Part shown: positions 25,601 through 39,272 of the stretch, one piece after another | How the letters are laid out: the number at the start of each line of letters is the position of its first letter | Position numbering within the stretch: position 1 is the first letter of the stretch | From: Octopus sinensis | Lineage: Eukaryota | Length of the DNA stretch: 64,000 nt | Reading direction: 5' to 3' | Assembly (NCBI RefSeq): GCF_006345805.1 | Contig: NC_043018.1 | Span: 14,880,001-14,944,000, forward strand | Notes under the pieces: generated by a model | Database searches by the model: none | The model's input: the letters and a program-made list of their open reading frames with translations, nothing else | Told to the model about the DNA's origin: nothing | Made by a program: the position numbers and the translations under genes

Positions 25601-28600
25601 GATACATGCTTGCGTGTGTATGGGGGGGGGAGAAAAGTTAGGAACATGAGACACTAACAGAGGCATTCCACCCTGAAGGACACAATAAGTAGGATTCTTG
25701 CAAGCTGAAAGAATGGTCAGAGTCTGAAGAACTTACCCATATTGCATTGAGGAAATTGAGGTGAATCGAATGGTGTCGTCCATGCTGATGGAAATCAAAT
25801 TATCGCCAGACACCACAAGGTCCTGTATCTGACTGTTGTGAGGTTTACCAACAATTCTATCATCAAGTCCATTCACAAGATCCCAGTAATGTGATTGGAA
25901 TTAAGGAAAAACTTTAAACCATCATCGTTATCATAGTCATTCATCGTCAGCCATAAACAGCATTCCTTTGACAATTAATAAACAGAGAGTATTAAGTATT
26001 GTTCTAACACACACACATTCCCAAATCTGACAAACACTTTAGAGGATTTAACTCTAGCAATGGATTAGCATTATTAACTTATTGTTATCTTTATCAAATT
26101 ATTATTATAACATTATCAACTTCTTATTATCATCATTATCAACTTATTATTATTATTATTATTAATAATAATTTTAAAAAATTTTATTCAGAAATTTCTT
26201 TAGATTGATTAATAAATCCTCAGACGAGCTTTATTATGTTGTAATCACATTAAATAAATCACCGCATACACCCTCATTAATCACATTACTATATACTGAT
26301 CAATTATTCATTAATCAAATCACTCTATATTCATAAATCATCTCACTAAGCAGTGAACCAATAGACTGAGTTCAAATAACACCGAGTTCAACTTTATCTT
26401 CCATCTTCCCCGGGCCAGTTAAGGACCAGAGACCAGTTTAGGTCAAAAGACCAAACACATTAGACGAGGCATCTCATGTTTTTTCTCCCGATTCTTCATA
26501 TTCCAGGTTCAAATCTTGCTGTGGTTTGCTTATGGGGTAGACTTAATCCATCCGCTTCTCGTCATTTCTACATTCCACTCTCAATGCATCATATATACAC
26601 TCTTTATTTATTTCTTTATTGCCCATAGGGGGCTAAACATAGAGAGGACAAACAAAGGGATTAAGTCGATTACAAACAAAGGGATTAAGTCGTAACTGGT
26701 ACTTTTTTAATCGACCCCGAAAGGATGAAAGGCAAAGTCGACCTCGGCAGAATTTGAACTCAGAACGTAACGGCAGACGAAATACTGCTAAGCATTTCGC
26801 CCGTCGTGCTAACGATTCTGCCAGCTCACCACCTTATCATATATACACTCTTTATTATCAGCAAAATACACGTTCCAAATATCTGGTCTTCTCACTATAC
26901 ACCCCACCCCACCCCACCCATTCATTATGTATTCTATTTCCTAAGTTTTATAGAAGACTACAATGTTGTAAGTCAGGAATAAAAATAAAACAATGAACAC
27001 ATTGAACATTCAGTGAACATAGAATAACAAATACGGTGAACGTAGACAAAAGGATATTGATGTGACCAGAACTGCAGCCAGAGAAAACCAATTTTCTGTC
27101 AGGGGTGGTGGTCAGGGCTGTTATTGGTTTGTTGTGACCCTAGACAAACAAAAATAAAAACAACATTAATAATAATAATAATAATAATGATGATGATGAT
27201 AATGGTTCCTAATTTTGGCACAAGGCCAGCAATTTTGAAATGAAGGAGTTAGTTGATTACATCGACCCCAGTAATAAACTGGCATTTTACTGACCCCGAA
27301 AGGATGACAGGTAAATTTAGCCAGGGCAGAATTTGAACTTAGGACATAAAGAGCCAGAAAGAGAGATGCTTGGCATTTTGTCCAGTGTGCTAATGATTCT
27401 GCCAGCTCACAACACAACAACAACAACAACAACAACAACACCTCCTTGACTCAAGTTAGAGAAGGGGTGCGTATTATACACAAGGTTTAGGTTTTTCAGA
27501 GGTACAGCCCCCTAAAAATCCCCTGCGTATTATACTCAAGGGCAGGCTATACTCGAGGATTTACGGTATATCTCTATTCCCCCAAAATGAACAGGTATTG
27601 AAATGGAATTATCATGGAACTGTTTCTATACATTCTACATCAAACTGTCTTTTATATAATATTTATACAAGTCTGGGCAAGGTTGTTTATGGATGACTAG
27701 CTGTCACCCTCTCCATGCCACTGATGTTATCCAAGGGAAAGGCAAAGGCCGATATAGCTTGGCACCAGAGACATCGCAACTCATTTCAACAGCTGAGTGA
27801 ACTGGAGCAACATGAAATAAAGTGTCTTGCTCAAGAACACAACACACAGCCCGGTCCAGGAATTGAACTCACTACCTCATGATTTTGAGCCTGACACTCT
27901 AACCACTGAGCCATGTGCCTTCACTATATATACAGATGCACACACACAAGTGTTCTACAATGTACAAACTTTTAGCACTGAATAAAAAAAAGGAAATAAT
28001 TGATGTAGCTATTAAATAAACAACAATAAAAAGAATTAACTGCCAAGGTTTTAATAATATAATAATGCTGCTAATGAAATTATAAATATCAATGTGAAAT
28101 AGCGGAGAGAATGAAATCCTCAACAGTACACCTGTTACCTTTCTCTGTCCTAATACTTCATAATACTTAACAATATTGTGAGGAATAAGAAAAGGGCCAA
28201 GTTCAGAGAGCTCCTACCTCTGCTGGCAACAAAGAGCCTCACCCTCAGAGTAAAAGGCAGATTGTACGATGCCTGTGTGCAAACAGCTATGCTACATGGG
28301 AGTGAACCATGGGCTGTGGCAGCTGAGGACATGCGTAGGCTTGAAAGAAATGGCGCTAGTATGCTTCGCTGGATGTGCAATGGCTGTGCATGTATGACAG
28401 ATAAGTTGGGCATAAGCGGCATCGGATGTGGTGTGCAAGAAAGAGGACTGTGTTGGAATGGTCATGTGATGCGCGTGGACGAGAAGTGCTGACCTCTAAC
28501 TGTGGAGGGAACCTATGGTAGAGGTAGACTCAGGAAGACATGGGATGAGGTGGTGAAGCATGATCTTTAAACCTTGGGCCTCACAGAGGCAATGACTAGT

Positions 28601-31251
28601 GACCAAGATCTTTGGCGATGCTTGAGAAGACCTGTCAAGTCATGTGAAATCATAGTTGTGGCCAATGCTGACATCACGTAACTGGCACGTAAAAAGCACC
28701 TGACGAGCATTGGGCCTCATGGAGGAAAAGTGACCAATGCCAGTGGCACGTGAAAAGCTCCTTTCAAGTGTTGGGGCTCACAGAGGCAATGACGAATGAG
28801 TGAGACCTTGGCATTATGTTGTGCTTGAGAAGAAGACCCATCATGCCAAGTAAAATCACAGTCATATTAGATACTGGTGTCATGCAAATGGCACCTGTGC
28901 CAGTGGCAGGCAGAAGAACCCATTACACTCTCAGATTGGTTGGCGTTAGGAAGGGCATCCAGTCATAGAATCCATGTCAAATCAGATTGGTGTCTGGTGC
29001 AGCCTTCCAGCTTGCCAGCCCTGGTCAAACAGTCAAACCCATGCCAGCATGGACAACGGACGTTAAGTGATGATGATGATGATGATTAATTATTTTACCA
29101 TTAACAATCTCTTACATTATCACAAAGCCACAAATGTGATGTTGTAATATTCATCACCTGATCAAAGATGTTAGAGGATGTGAATGAAGTTGAAGTTCTA
29201 AAGAAGCAATTTTTTTTTACCTGTGTGGACCTAAAAAAATATGCAAAGTCACATAATGGTCAAAATATCCACATTCAAAACTGTTGATTCCAACCAACAG
29301 ACTGACAGAAACAACAGCTACAAGTCAACTTAAGAAAACACACACACACACAAACACTGCTTGTGAAATGTCAAACCCACCTTAAGAACACGAAGAGGCT
29401 TCTCTGGGCAATTCCTGTCTAAATACGTAATAAATCCAGACAAAGAGATTGTGATGATGTTGTTACCAATCCAAATACAACTGACCAACATGTCGTCCAG
29501 TGTCTTCCCAAACACAAATTCCCTGGAAAAAAACCCCAAAAAAACATGTTTAACAACTAATTAATACCATTTGTGAAATTATAACTCTCCTAATGAAGTT
29601 AATTTAGATATCTCTCTCTATATAAACGGCAGTTTGTCTGTCTGTGTGCCTGTGTGTCTGTTAGGTTGTACCCTCACTCTGACCACGGCTTTCAACCGAT
29701 TCTGATGAAACGACACACACATAGCCCAATATCATAATTCAAAACTAACGCAGCGAAAAGTTTGAAAAGTTCCCCCAGTTCTGAAAAGAATCGATAAATT
29801 CGACATGGGGTCGAGAATCTAAGCTTTTTATATGCAACACATTTTCTGTCTAGGGGACACAACTCGACCTTTTTATCGCCCAAAGGGACAGCTAGGAACA
29901 TCGTATACACAGAAGTATTCGAGTGAAGAGAAGACATTGCAACCTACACATGCGCCTTCGTTCCCTAGAGGGAAAAAACTAGATTGGGATTAGTCGTTGC
30001 CTACTAGGGGCTCTTACATACCCGGGCAACGCTGGGCTATGCTGCTAGTATTTAATAACTAATTAATAGCATTGTGAGGAAATGAACTTCCTAATTAAGA
30101 AAGTTAATTTAGATCAATTCTTGTTTCTAATGAAAGATTCCTTATGAAACAAGATTTTTTTTCTCTTTCTGTATAAACTTAACTAAACTCAGCTTGGAAG
30201 GGCATTCAGCTGTAAAAAAACAAAAAACATGCCAAAACTGACACTGTATCTGCTAGTGCCACATAAAAAGCACTCACTCCACTCCATAGAGTGGTTGATG
30301 TTAAGAAGGGCATCCAGATGTAAAACCCATGCGAAAACAGACAGTGAAGCATGGTGCAGCCTTCCTCTTAGCCAGCGCCTGTCAAGCTGTCCAACCCATA
30401 CCACCATAGAAAGTAGACGTTAAATGATGATGCTGATGATATATACATACACACATATTCATATACACATGAACAATATATAACTGGATGGAACTTTTTG
30501 TTGATCTTAACCTAACAGAACAGCAAACTATAATATCCAACAGTTTTCTACTGCAAATTCATAATGTATATATGTTTGGCATGATAGTATGTAAACTGGT
30601 AGAAGCTTTGGGGTCACTCAACTTAACATAGTTGAGCCTGAAGACTGCTTGGAGACTCATGGTGTGTAATAAAAACCTGCCTAGACTAGACTTGCTTCTC
30701 CAAAGCAGGAAACTATTAGTAGCTCATATTGTGTACATTAAATTATATATATATATTTATTTATGCACCCTTTTCAAGCCTAGCCAGACTCATGGGCCCA
30801 GTTTCCTGGTTTCTATGGCATATGTGTTCCACCCAGCTGGACGGGACGCCAGTCCATCGCAGTGTTACTCAAGAAACAGGAAGAAAGAGTGGCAGAATGT
30901 TGGGGCAAAAGAGTACAACAGGGGTTGCCTGGTCTGGGAATTGAAACCGCGATCCTCGACCACAAGTCTGCTGCCCTAACCACTGGGCCATTTGCCTGCA
31001 CAAAATGTTCCCTCCTGAGCCGTGCCAGGCTCATAAGGGCCGGTTTCCCGGTTTCAGTGGCATAGAAATTCCCCCACCTGGACGGGATGCCGGTCCGTCA
31101 CAGAATTATTCATTTTTGTCAGCAGAGTGAACTGGAGCAATGTGAAATGAAGTGTTTTGCTCAAAAAAAAAACGCATTGCCCGGTCCAGGAATTGAAACC
31201 ACAACCTTACGATCATGAGTTCAACACCCTAACCACTAAACCACACATCTC

Positions 31252-31297
<46 letters not shown>

Positions 31298-34200
31298 AGT
31301 AAAGACCCCACCCTTCAGTCATGAATGACCATGGAATTGCACCTAGAAAGTTCTCCGAGGCACAAGTCCGGGTAAGGTTGTTTATAGAAGACCAGCAGTC
31401 ACCCATGCATACCAGCCTCCTCTCTCTACGCTACTGATGTTATCCAAGGGAAAGGCAAAGGGGCGAATACAGCTTGGCACCAGTACCGTCACAACTCGTT
31501 TCTACAGATGAGTGAACTGGAGCAACGTGAAATAAAGTGTCTTGCTCAAGAACACAACACCCAGCCCGGTCTGGGAATTGAACTCACTACCTCATGATTG
31601 TAAGCCCGATGCTCTAACCACTGAGCTATGCAAATTCATAAACACACACACACAATATGTACGTATTGCAGAAATTCAGCTACACGTGAATGAATTTTAA
31701 TATAAATATTACAAAAGGTAAATAAATGACAGAAGAATGGAATACCGTTATCTCCCCTATATCACAGAGTTTAACTTCCTTTTACAGCCAATATAAGCAC
31801 CAGAGGTTCGATTCCTCAGTGTCACAGACTGCATGATTAACAGACAGATGTGATGTGGTGTGGTGAAGACTGAAGTCGTACAGGGTGTTAAGGACTAAAA
31901 TAATTGAATAGGACTTACTTGACCAAAGTATACGTATTGGCATCCCAGATTTTGGCAGTTTTGTCACCAGAGACTGTCAGCACTTCAGAATTGTCTGGAC
32001 TGAAAGCAATCTAGAGTGAAGAACAAGAAAAAATAAGAACTGTCAAAATGGTAAAATTGATTCAAGTTTTTGTTTGTCAATCAATAAAATGGAGACTAAA
32101 TCAACAGTATTGGGAATAAATCATTACAGAGGGTTTGTCTGTATCTGTTTTTCTTTTCTTTTTAAACAAGATAGGATTTCCCAATTCTTGCATAGTGATA
32201 CTAGATAGAAATATCCATGTTGGCAACATTGAAGAATATGTCTGTAGTGGCACAAGCAGTCAGCGCCATATTGGATGAGATCTTGCGGCAACCATTGCCA
32301 TCTCCGAGACTGGAGCGAGACCTCACCTGCATCCATTTGCCATGCGTGAGTTCACAACGAGGCTTGTGATGGCAAACTGTATATAAGGGCGAAACAGAAA
32401 CAGATTCATTCTTTTCTCTCCGCTTCCACGCACCAGCGCTTGCTGAGCACACTTCACTGGCTGGGCCCTCTCTGCATGTTGTACTCCAGAGGCAATGTAC
32501 CCGCACTAATGGTGATACAACACCACACACACAGCTCAAGATGGTTGCTGAGAGCAATGCACTTCACCTGTTCTGTGAAACTTGTAAAGAAACCGGTTGT
32601 AAATTGCATTTGTACTTAAAGACTTCTTTCTTCACCTGCCGGAGCCTGAATTACACGAGGAACAAGATATGATGGGAGAAGGCGATATTCTCCCGATATA
32701 TCGTAAACCTTGCCTTCCATTATATGTCTAATTAATCTAAGGTGATCAAGGAAATGCAAGTTACAATGTTAAGATTTGATCAATTTAAAAAGAAAACAAT
32801 TTCACACAGAAATAGTTATATTTGTTCACAGAGACACCTGTCTCAGGTATAAATACAAATACTATGATTTAAGTTTTGTGCTGTGCATTTTGATAGCATT
32901 TCAACAGACTGGAATATCTACCCAAGTCAGCAGTAATGTCTCAGCTGCTGAAGATGTCTTAGCCTACAGCAGAATTGCTACCTACAACAGATGTCTCAGT
33001 TAAAAATAAACGTCCCACTGATAGCTGATGTCCTTGTCTGCAGAAGATGCCTAAGTGTAACTTGAAAACAAACCACAATCCTTCACATAAAAAATGGAAA
33101 AATATTTCACAGTAGTAAAATATTTTTTGTACAAGGTCACAGCAAACAGGGGTGCATTTACAGCCTCTATGTGGTTGCATAATCTGCTTGAAATAACAGC
33201 CAAATCTCCTTCAAATTACACATTACTTGAAAAAAAAAATTAGACAGTTGTCACAGCTGGAATGTTTGACCTGGAGCTAAACAATTGCAAGTCAAGAAAG
33301 GAGTCTATATGGTTACCAGGAGTTTTAGAAATAGCAATCAGATCTCCCTCAAATCTACCCAGTCTTTGATTATAGATCTGCTAAATCAGAGAGCAGACCT
33401 GGTGTTAATAACAGAAACTTATTAATAATCTGTAGTATCTAACAATCACATCCTAGTTCTACAAAAGATGTATACATTTATGTCTTTCAGAATAAATGTA
33501 GAGCTTTGTGTTTGCATTATAGTTTAATAACCTTCTGAACAGAGAGGGAGAGAGGCATAGTAGCTGTTATTTTAAGGTGTTGGACAATAGACTACAAAAT
33601 CAAGAGTTCAAATCAAACCTCGAGTACAACACTTTATGCACTCCTGAATAAAACATGTGTCTTTGTCCGCAGCACAACACATCCAACCAACAACAATGGG
33701 TTCCAGTTTATGGTTAATCCTTTAGCATTCAGATTATTCTGTCAAATGCAAAGCTTATTCATTCCCTCACAGTGGGACCGAACCCAGAACCATGTGGTTG
33801 GGAAGCAAGCATCTTACCTCACAGCCATGCCTGCAACTATAATGACATTAGCAAAAAAAAAATAATTCTGTTGGACTTGAAAGAATGCTTGAATAAAAAT
33901 ATCCAAGCCATGGTTCCTCTTTATAAGATGGTAAAAATAAAAGACGAGAGATTTTGTTCAGGAAATGATGTAAATAAAATATAAGAACTTTAGAAAACTG
34001 TACAACTTGCAGAAGATTTACAAAGAAAAAACAGGAAAAAAATAATTGTCTTCTTACCCCATAAATACCACCTTTGTGAGCTGGAGAACCAAGCTCACCA
34101 ATTGATTCACCATTTTTTCCATCATAAACAAAGGCCTACAAAAAAAAAAAAAAAAAAGTTATAAAATAACAAGGATTCATTTTTCAATAATTAACAGCAA

Positions 34201-36803
34201 AAATAGAGTTGAATAAACAAAACACTTGGATAAAACATCATCATCTAACATGTTTTCCATGATGGCATGGGTTGGATGGTCTGACAGAAGCTGGCAAAAC
34301 CATTGGCTGTGCCAGATTCCACTGTATGTTCCGGCATGGTTTCTATGGCAGGATGCTCTTCCTAACACTAAAATCACTTATATATTAAATCTCATGTGTG
34401 TGTATATGGTAAAGAGAGCCTACACAAGCCAACAGCAGTCTTTCCACACAGGTGACACACCTATTATTTTTCAACCAAATCAATAAGAAAGCCCCTGAGT
34501 GCTTACCCAAGCTGTGTGAAAATAGCACTTAATTACATTCTACTGCCTTTAAAAAAAAAAAAAGACTCATTGGACAATATAGACCAAAAGTTACAAGGTG
34601 ACAGGATGGAGTGCCTTTGATCAGAGGCCTGCTGGATCAGCAGGCTTGGAAAGTTACTGCTACTGCTGCTGTTGCTGTTGAGCGAAGCGGTCTTCATCCC
34701 AGAGTGGGAGAAGTCCGAAACGTGGTCCTTTGCTATTCGTAAGACCCGTAGAAGAGAAAGCAGGTCAACCCCCAACACCAAGAGCATTGACAGATGGATG
34801 AATGTGCATCCAGGCTCAGCGGTTGTGTAGGAAATCGGGGATAAGAAACAGGAAGAAAGAGTGAGAGAAAGTTGTGGTGAAAGAGTACAACAGGGGTCGT
34901 CACCACTCCCTGCCGGAGCCTTGTGGAGCTTTTAGGTGTTTTTGCTCAACAAACACACACAACACCCGGTCTCGGAATCGAAACCACGATCCTCCGACCG
35001 TGAGTCCGCTGCCCTAACCACTGGGCCATTACACCTCCACTGCTACTGCTGCTTTTACTAGACAGCTGGTTGGTACAACAATAACGACTCTATTGCAATG
35101 AACAAATTTATTGCAAAAACTTCAGTGGAGAATTTGGTAGAAGTCAAAGCTGTTATGTACAACTAATTTAAGCTTCAAGAATTCCATAACTGACCATCTT
35201 GTTACTCAAACAGCAAACAAAACTGTTTTGTACGAAATATAATGAAAACAATGTTGTCTTTCTGGACATCAACAAGACTTTCCACAGTATCTATGAATAT
35301 TCAATAAAAAAACCTCTTAATGATGGGTTGCACCCATCTCTTTTATCATTTGGACTGGTAGCATCCACTCAGACCGCTGCTATGTATGTTGACAAGGTCC
35401 TTTCTACCAACACTGGCATTCCTAAGGGTTCAGTTTTATCCCCCACTTTCTTTCCTCCATACATCAATGACTTACTTGTTGCCACCACATTCAACAACAC
35501 CCAATCTTGTACATGACACTACCCTTCACTTCTCCCTGACATTCTTCAACAAGACATGATCCTCTCACAAGACACCACACACCAGGCCTGCACTGACCCC
35601 CTGAGTAGAGACCTTTAAAAGCATCCTTCAGTGACCAGACTAGAGCCTGGTGCAGCCTCCTGGCTTCCCAGACCCCGGTTGAACCGTCCAACCCATGCTA
35701 GCATGGAAAACGGATGTTAAACGATGACAACAACACACACACACACACGCGTATGTGTGTGTTCTTAACTGCAGAGTAATCCCTGCACTATTATTTTAAG
35801 GGCATCACACAAAATGAAAAGAAGCCCAAACATTTATCCTTAGTACTTACTTTTCCATCAGCACCACCAGAGATAAATTTTTCACCATTTGGAGAGTAAC
35901 GAATGCAGTTGACAAAATTTGTGTGTGCCTGCAAAAGAAAAACACGGAATTTAAAACACAGACCGAAATCCAGAGGAATTATTGATCCCTACACTAGGCA
36001 GGGATTTATTGATATAAGGAGGAGGCACAATTGACTTCAGAGAACTGACCCTTCAGTATAATAAATCTCTGATTTTATTGAATTTGACACATACATACAT
36101 TATATACATTCAGGCCTTTTACATTTTTCCTGAATGTCAAACTAAAACCCCTTGTTTGTTAACTCATCTATATTTTGTTTTTTTTGTACAAATTTGAACT
36201 ACAAATATATATATATATATATATGAAGAAGTTACAAAAAAAACAAAAGACGAAGACAGATGGTGTACAAAACAAACAGATGTATTAGTATAACACTCAG
36301 GAATAGAAAAAGTCTTTTACGTTTCGAGCCTACGCTCTTCTACAGAAAGGGACAAAGAAAAAAAACAAGGAGAGAAAAATAAAATACAAAATGGGACAAG
36401 AACGCAAAACATCCGGACAACTAGGTGATACAAAAAGGGACAACAAAACATCCAGACACACAATACAAAAAAACAAGGACGGGTCATTCGAAGCCTTTTA
36501 TCCTCAGTCAAGAACCGGATCATCCTCGCAATTTTGGCTGATTATACTTGAGATTGCTCCAATCTGGCCAGCCCCAAGGAAAAACTAATCTAAGAGCATT
36601 AGGTTCCTTGGGAAAAAGCATCGAATGTATACGAAAACAAGGACGGAAAAACAGACGATGTTGCATGAATATAAATACAAAAATACAATGAAAATGAATA
36701 ATAATAATAACAGGACATAACAACAGGCGTCTTTCGACTGGGGACGAATTGAATTCAGCTGGTGTGTGTGGAAATGAAACCTTACAGCAGAGAGAATATA
36801 CAT

Positions 36804-36834
<31 letters not shown>

Positions 36835-37406
36835 GAAGAAGTTACAAAAAAAACAAAAGACGAAGACAGATGGTGTACAAAACAAACAGATGTATTAGTA
36901 TAACACTCAGGAATAGAAAAAGTCTTTTACGTTTCGAGCCTACGCTCTTCTACAGAAAGGGACAAAGAAAAAAAACAAGGAGAGAAAAATAAAATACAAA
37001 ATGGGACAAGAACGCAAAACATCCGGACAACTAGGTGATACAAAAAGGGACAACAAAACATCCAGACACACAATACAAAAAAACAAGGACGGGTCATTCG
37101 AAGCCTTTTATCCTCAGTCAAGAACCGGATCATCCTCGCAATTTTGGCTGATTATACTTGAGATTGCTCCAATCTGGCCAGCCCCAAGGAAAAACTAATC
37201 TAAGAGCATTAGGTTCCTTGGGAAAAAAGCATCGAATGTATACGAAAACAAGGACGGAAAAACAGACGATGTTGCATGAATATAAATACAAAAATACAAT
37301 GAAAATGAATAATAATAATAACAGGACATAACAACAGGCGTCTTTCGACTGGGGACGAATTGAATTCAGCTGGTGTGTGTGGAAATGAAACCTTACAGCA
37401 GAGAGA

Positions 37407-37445
<39 letters not shown>

Positions 37446-39233
37446 TGCACACACACACATAGATGTATGAGAGGAGGAGAAGATGAGAGATGGGAAGTAC
37501 TCATGGCACCTGCAGGTACTCTCTGACTGGGTAACCTGTGGGTTACTACATAATTCACCTTGACGAGAGCCAATCAGAGACTACACCACAACCATGACCC
37601 ATTAAATGAAAACCAAATACTCACATCGATCTTTTTGGTGAACTTAAACGGTGGGCCTTCACACATGACAACGCTGTAGTCTTCACTGGCTGTCACCACC
37701 CTGAAGGGATTCATTTGTCTGTAGTCACAGGAATTGATTTGTTTGCTGTGGCCACTAATTTCTCCAACAGAAGAACCTGTATCCACCAGAAAAGCACGAG
37801 CAAACCTGGTAAAAATATAAAATTATAATTTAACCCTTTCGTTACTGTATTTATTTTGAGATGCTCTGTGTTTCTTTCAATTACTTTAAATATAACAAAG
37901 AATTTAGTAAAATAACTTAGTTACCATTCAGCTAGTGTCAGGAATATAAATTGTGACTAAGGTTTGGTGGAAGATTTTAATTCAAATCTTATGAAAACAA
38001 GACATTTGTACTCAGAGCCAGAGCCGGTTTCAGCCGGGTTGGTAACGAAAGGCTTAACATAAAAAAACTCCAGTTGGGAGTAAGTCACATTGCTATGGCT
38101 TTTTAATTTGCATACTTATATGACAGTATGGGTTGAATAAGTTTACAAACTTTAAATATTTACCATCAAAGAGATTTACATTGTTATCATTTAAAATATT
38201 CACCACCAAAAAGACAAAAGAAGCTCTTGCAGTTAAATCCCTTCTTCTTTATGTTAGTATGAGTTGATTGGGGCTACACACCAACAAAAAGAAGCCTGTA
38301 CATAGAGGCTTAACCAGCTAGTAATAGCAGCCAATTTCAAATGTATGACACTCTCCTATCTTTAATAAGAGAAGGTACATTGGATGATACACCTGAAAAG
38401 ATGAAGTGATTAAAGCTGGAATACGTTAGATCGCAAATGTGCTTGATATGGGTTGCTGGCCTATGGCTAAACAACAAAATAAAAAAAAAACAAGGGGTGA
38501 AAGAGAGATGTTATAGATTTGATCACGTACGTTCCTTTGCCGTCACCAGCAACAAGCATTCTCTTATTATCTGGAGACCAGGCAATGTCTTTGATCGTTC
38601 CAGCGATTGGTTGATATTCTTTGGAGAGAACATGTTCTGGGTTGATTGTATCCCAAATTCGAATTTTGCCCCTGTCATCTGGAACAAATACATGCATTAT
38701 TATTATTATTGAGTGAGAGAGCAGTTCATGCCATCAAAGTGACACTGGGGTAAAATATACGAAGCCCAATATACCCATCATGACTACCCGTCTGATAAAG
38801 GTACACCAGGCACATGCATCACAACCATATGTGCGCGACATGGTGATCTCATATCAAGATAAACAGCACATGACCTTGCAGGTGGGGCCCAGTTAGAATT
38901 TTCTTCAGGTCGAGTAACCCATCCCGCTCAAAAGGTCCTTGAATAAGGGTTGTTTAAGGATGTTGAACGAAACACCCATGTTTCCAGAGGTGAATTATTC
39001 AAACTCCAAAAAATCCCTCTCAACACATGGCTATGATGCTCTCCCACTACTTCTGCTCATGATCAGAGATGCACATATCGTCAGCCACTAAGGGACATGC
39101 TCAACTGGTTAAGGTCAAACAACTGACAAGCAAATCTGTGGTATTGAGCAGAATATTTGCTGTAGCCCATCTTTTATACCAAGACAAAACAATGTACATG
39201 ATAACACTTCCAATCAGTTAAGATCAGAAGCCA

Positions 39234-39272
<39 letters not shown>

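Larger units (their letters stand above)
36224..37411 (-). mobile_element. Two tandem ~575-bp units (period 610) of a probable Penelope-like (PLE) terminal-repeat sequence, separated and flanked by (TA)n
   Basis: The units are near-identical and each carries a hammerhead-like motif. Family fragments occur at 50804-50905, 52860-52910 and 63064-63148. Confidence 0.6.

Noticed and set aside
39200-39233. Resemblance of the TAA-element start to U2 snRNA
   Set aside because: Only a few scattered bases match; the branch-pairing and Sm-site sequences are absent.
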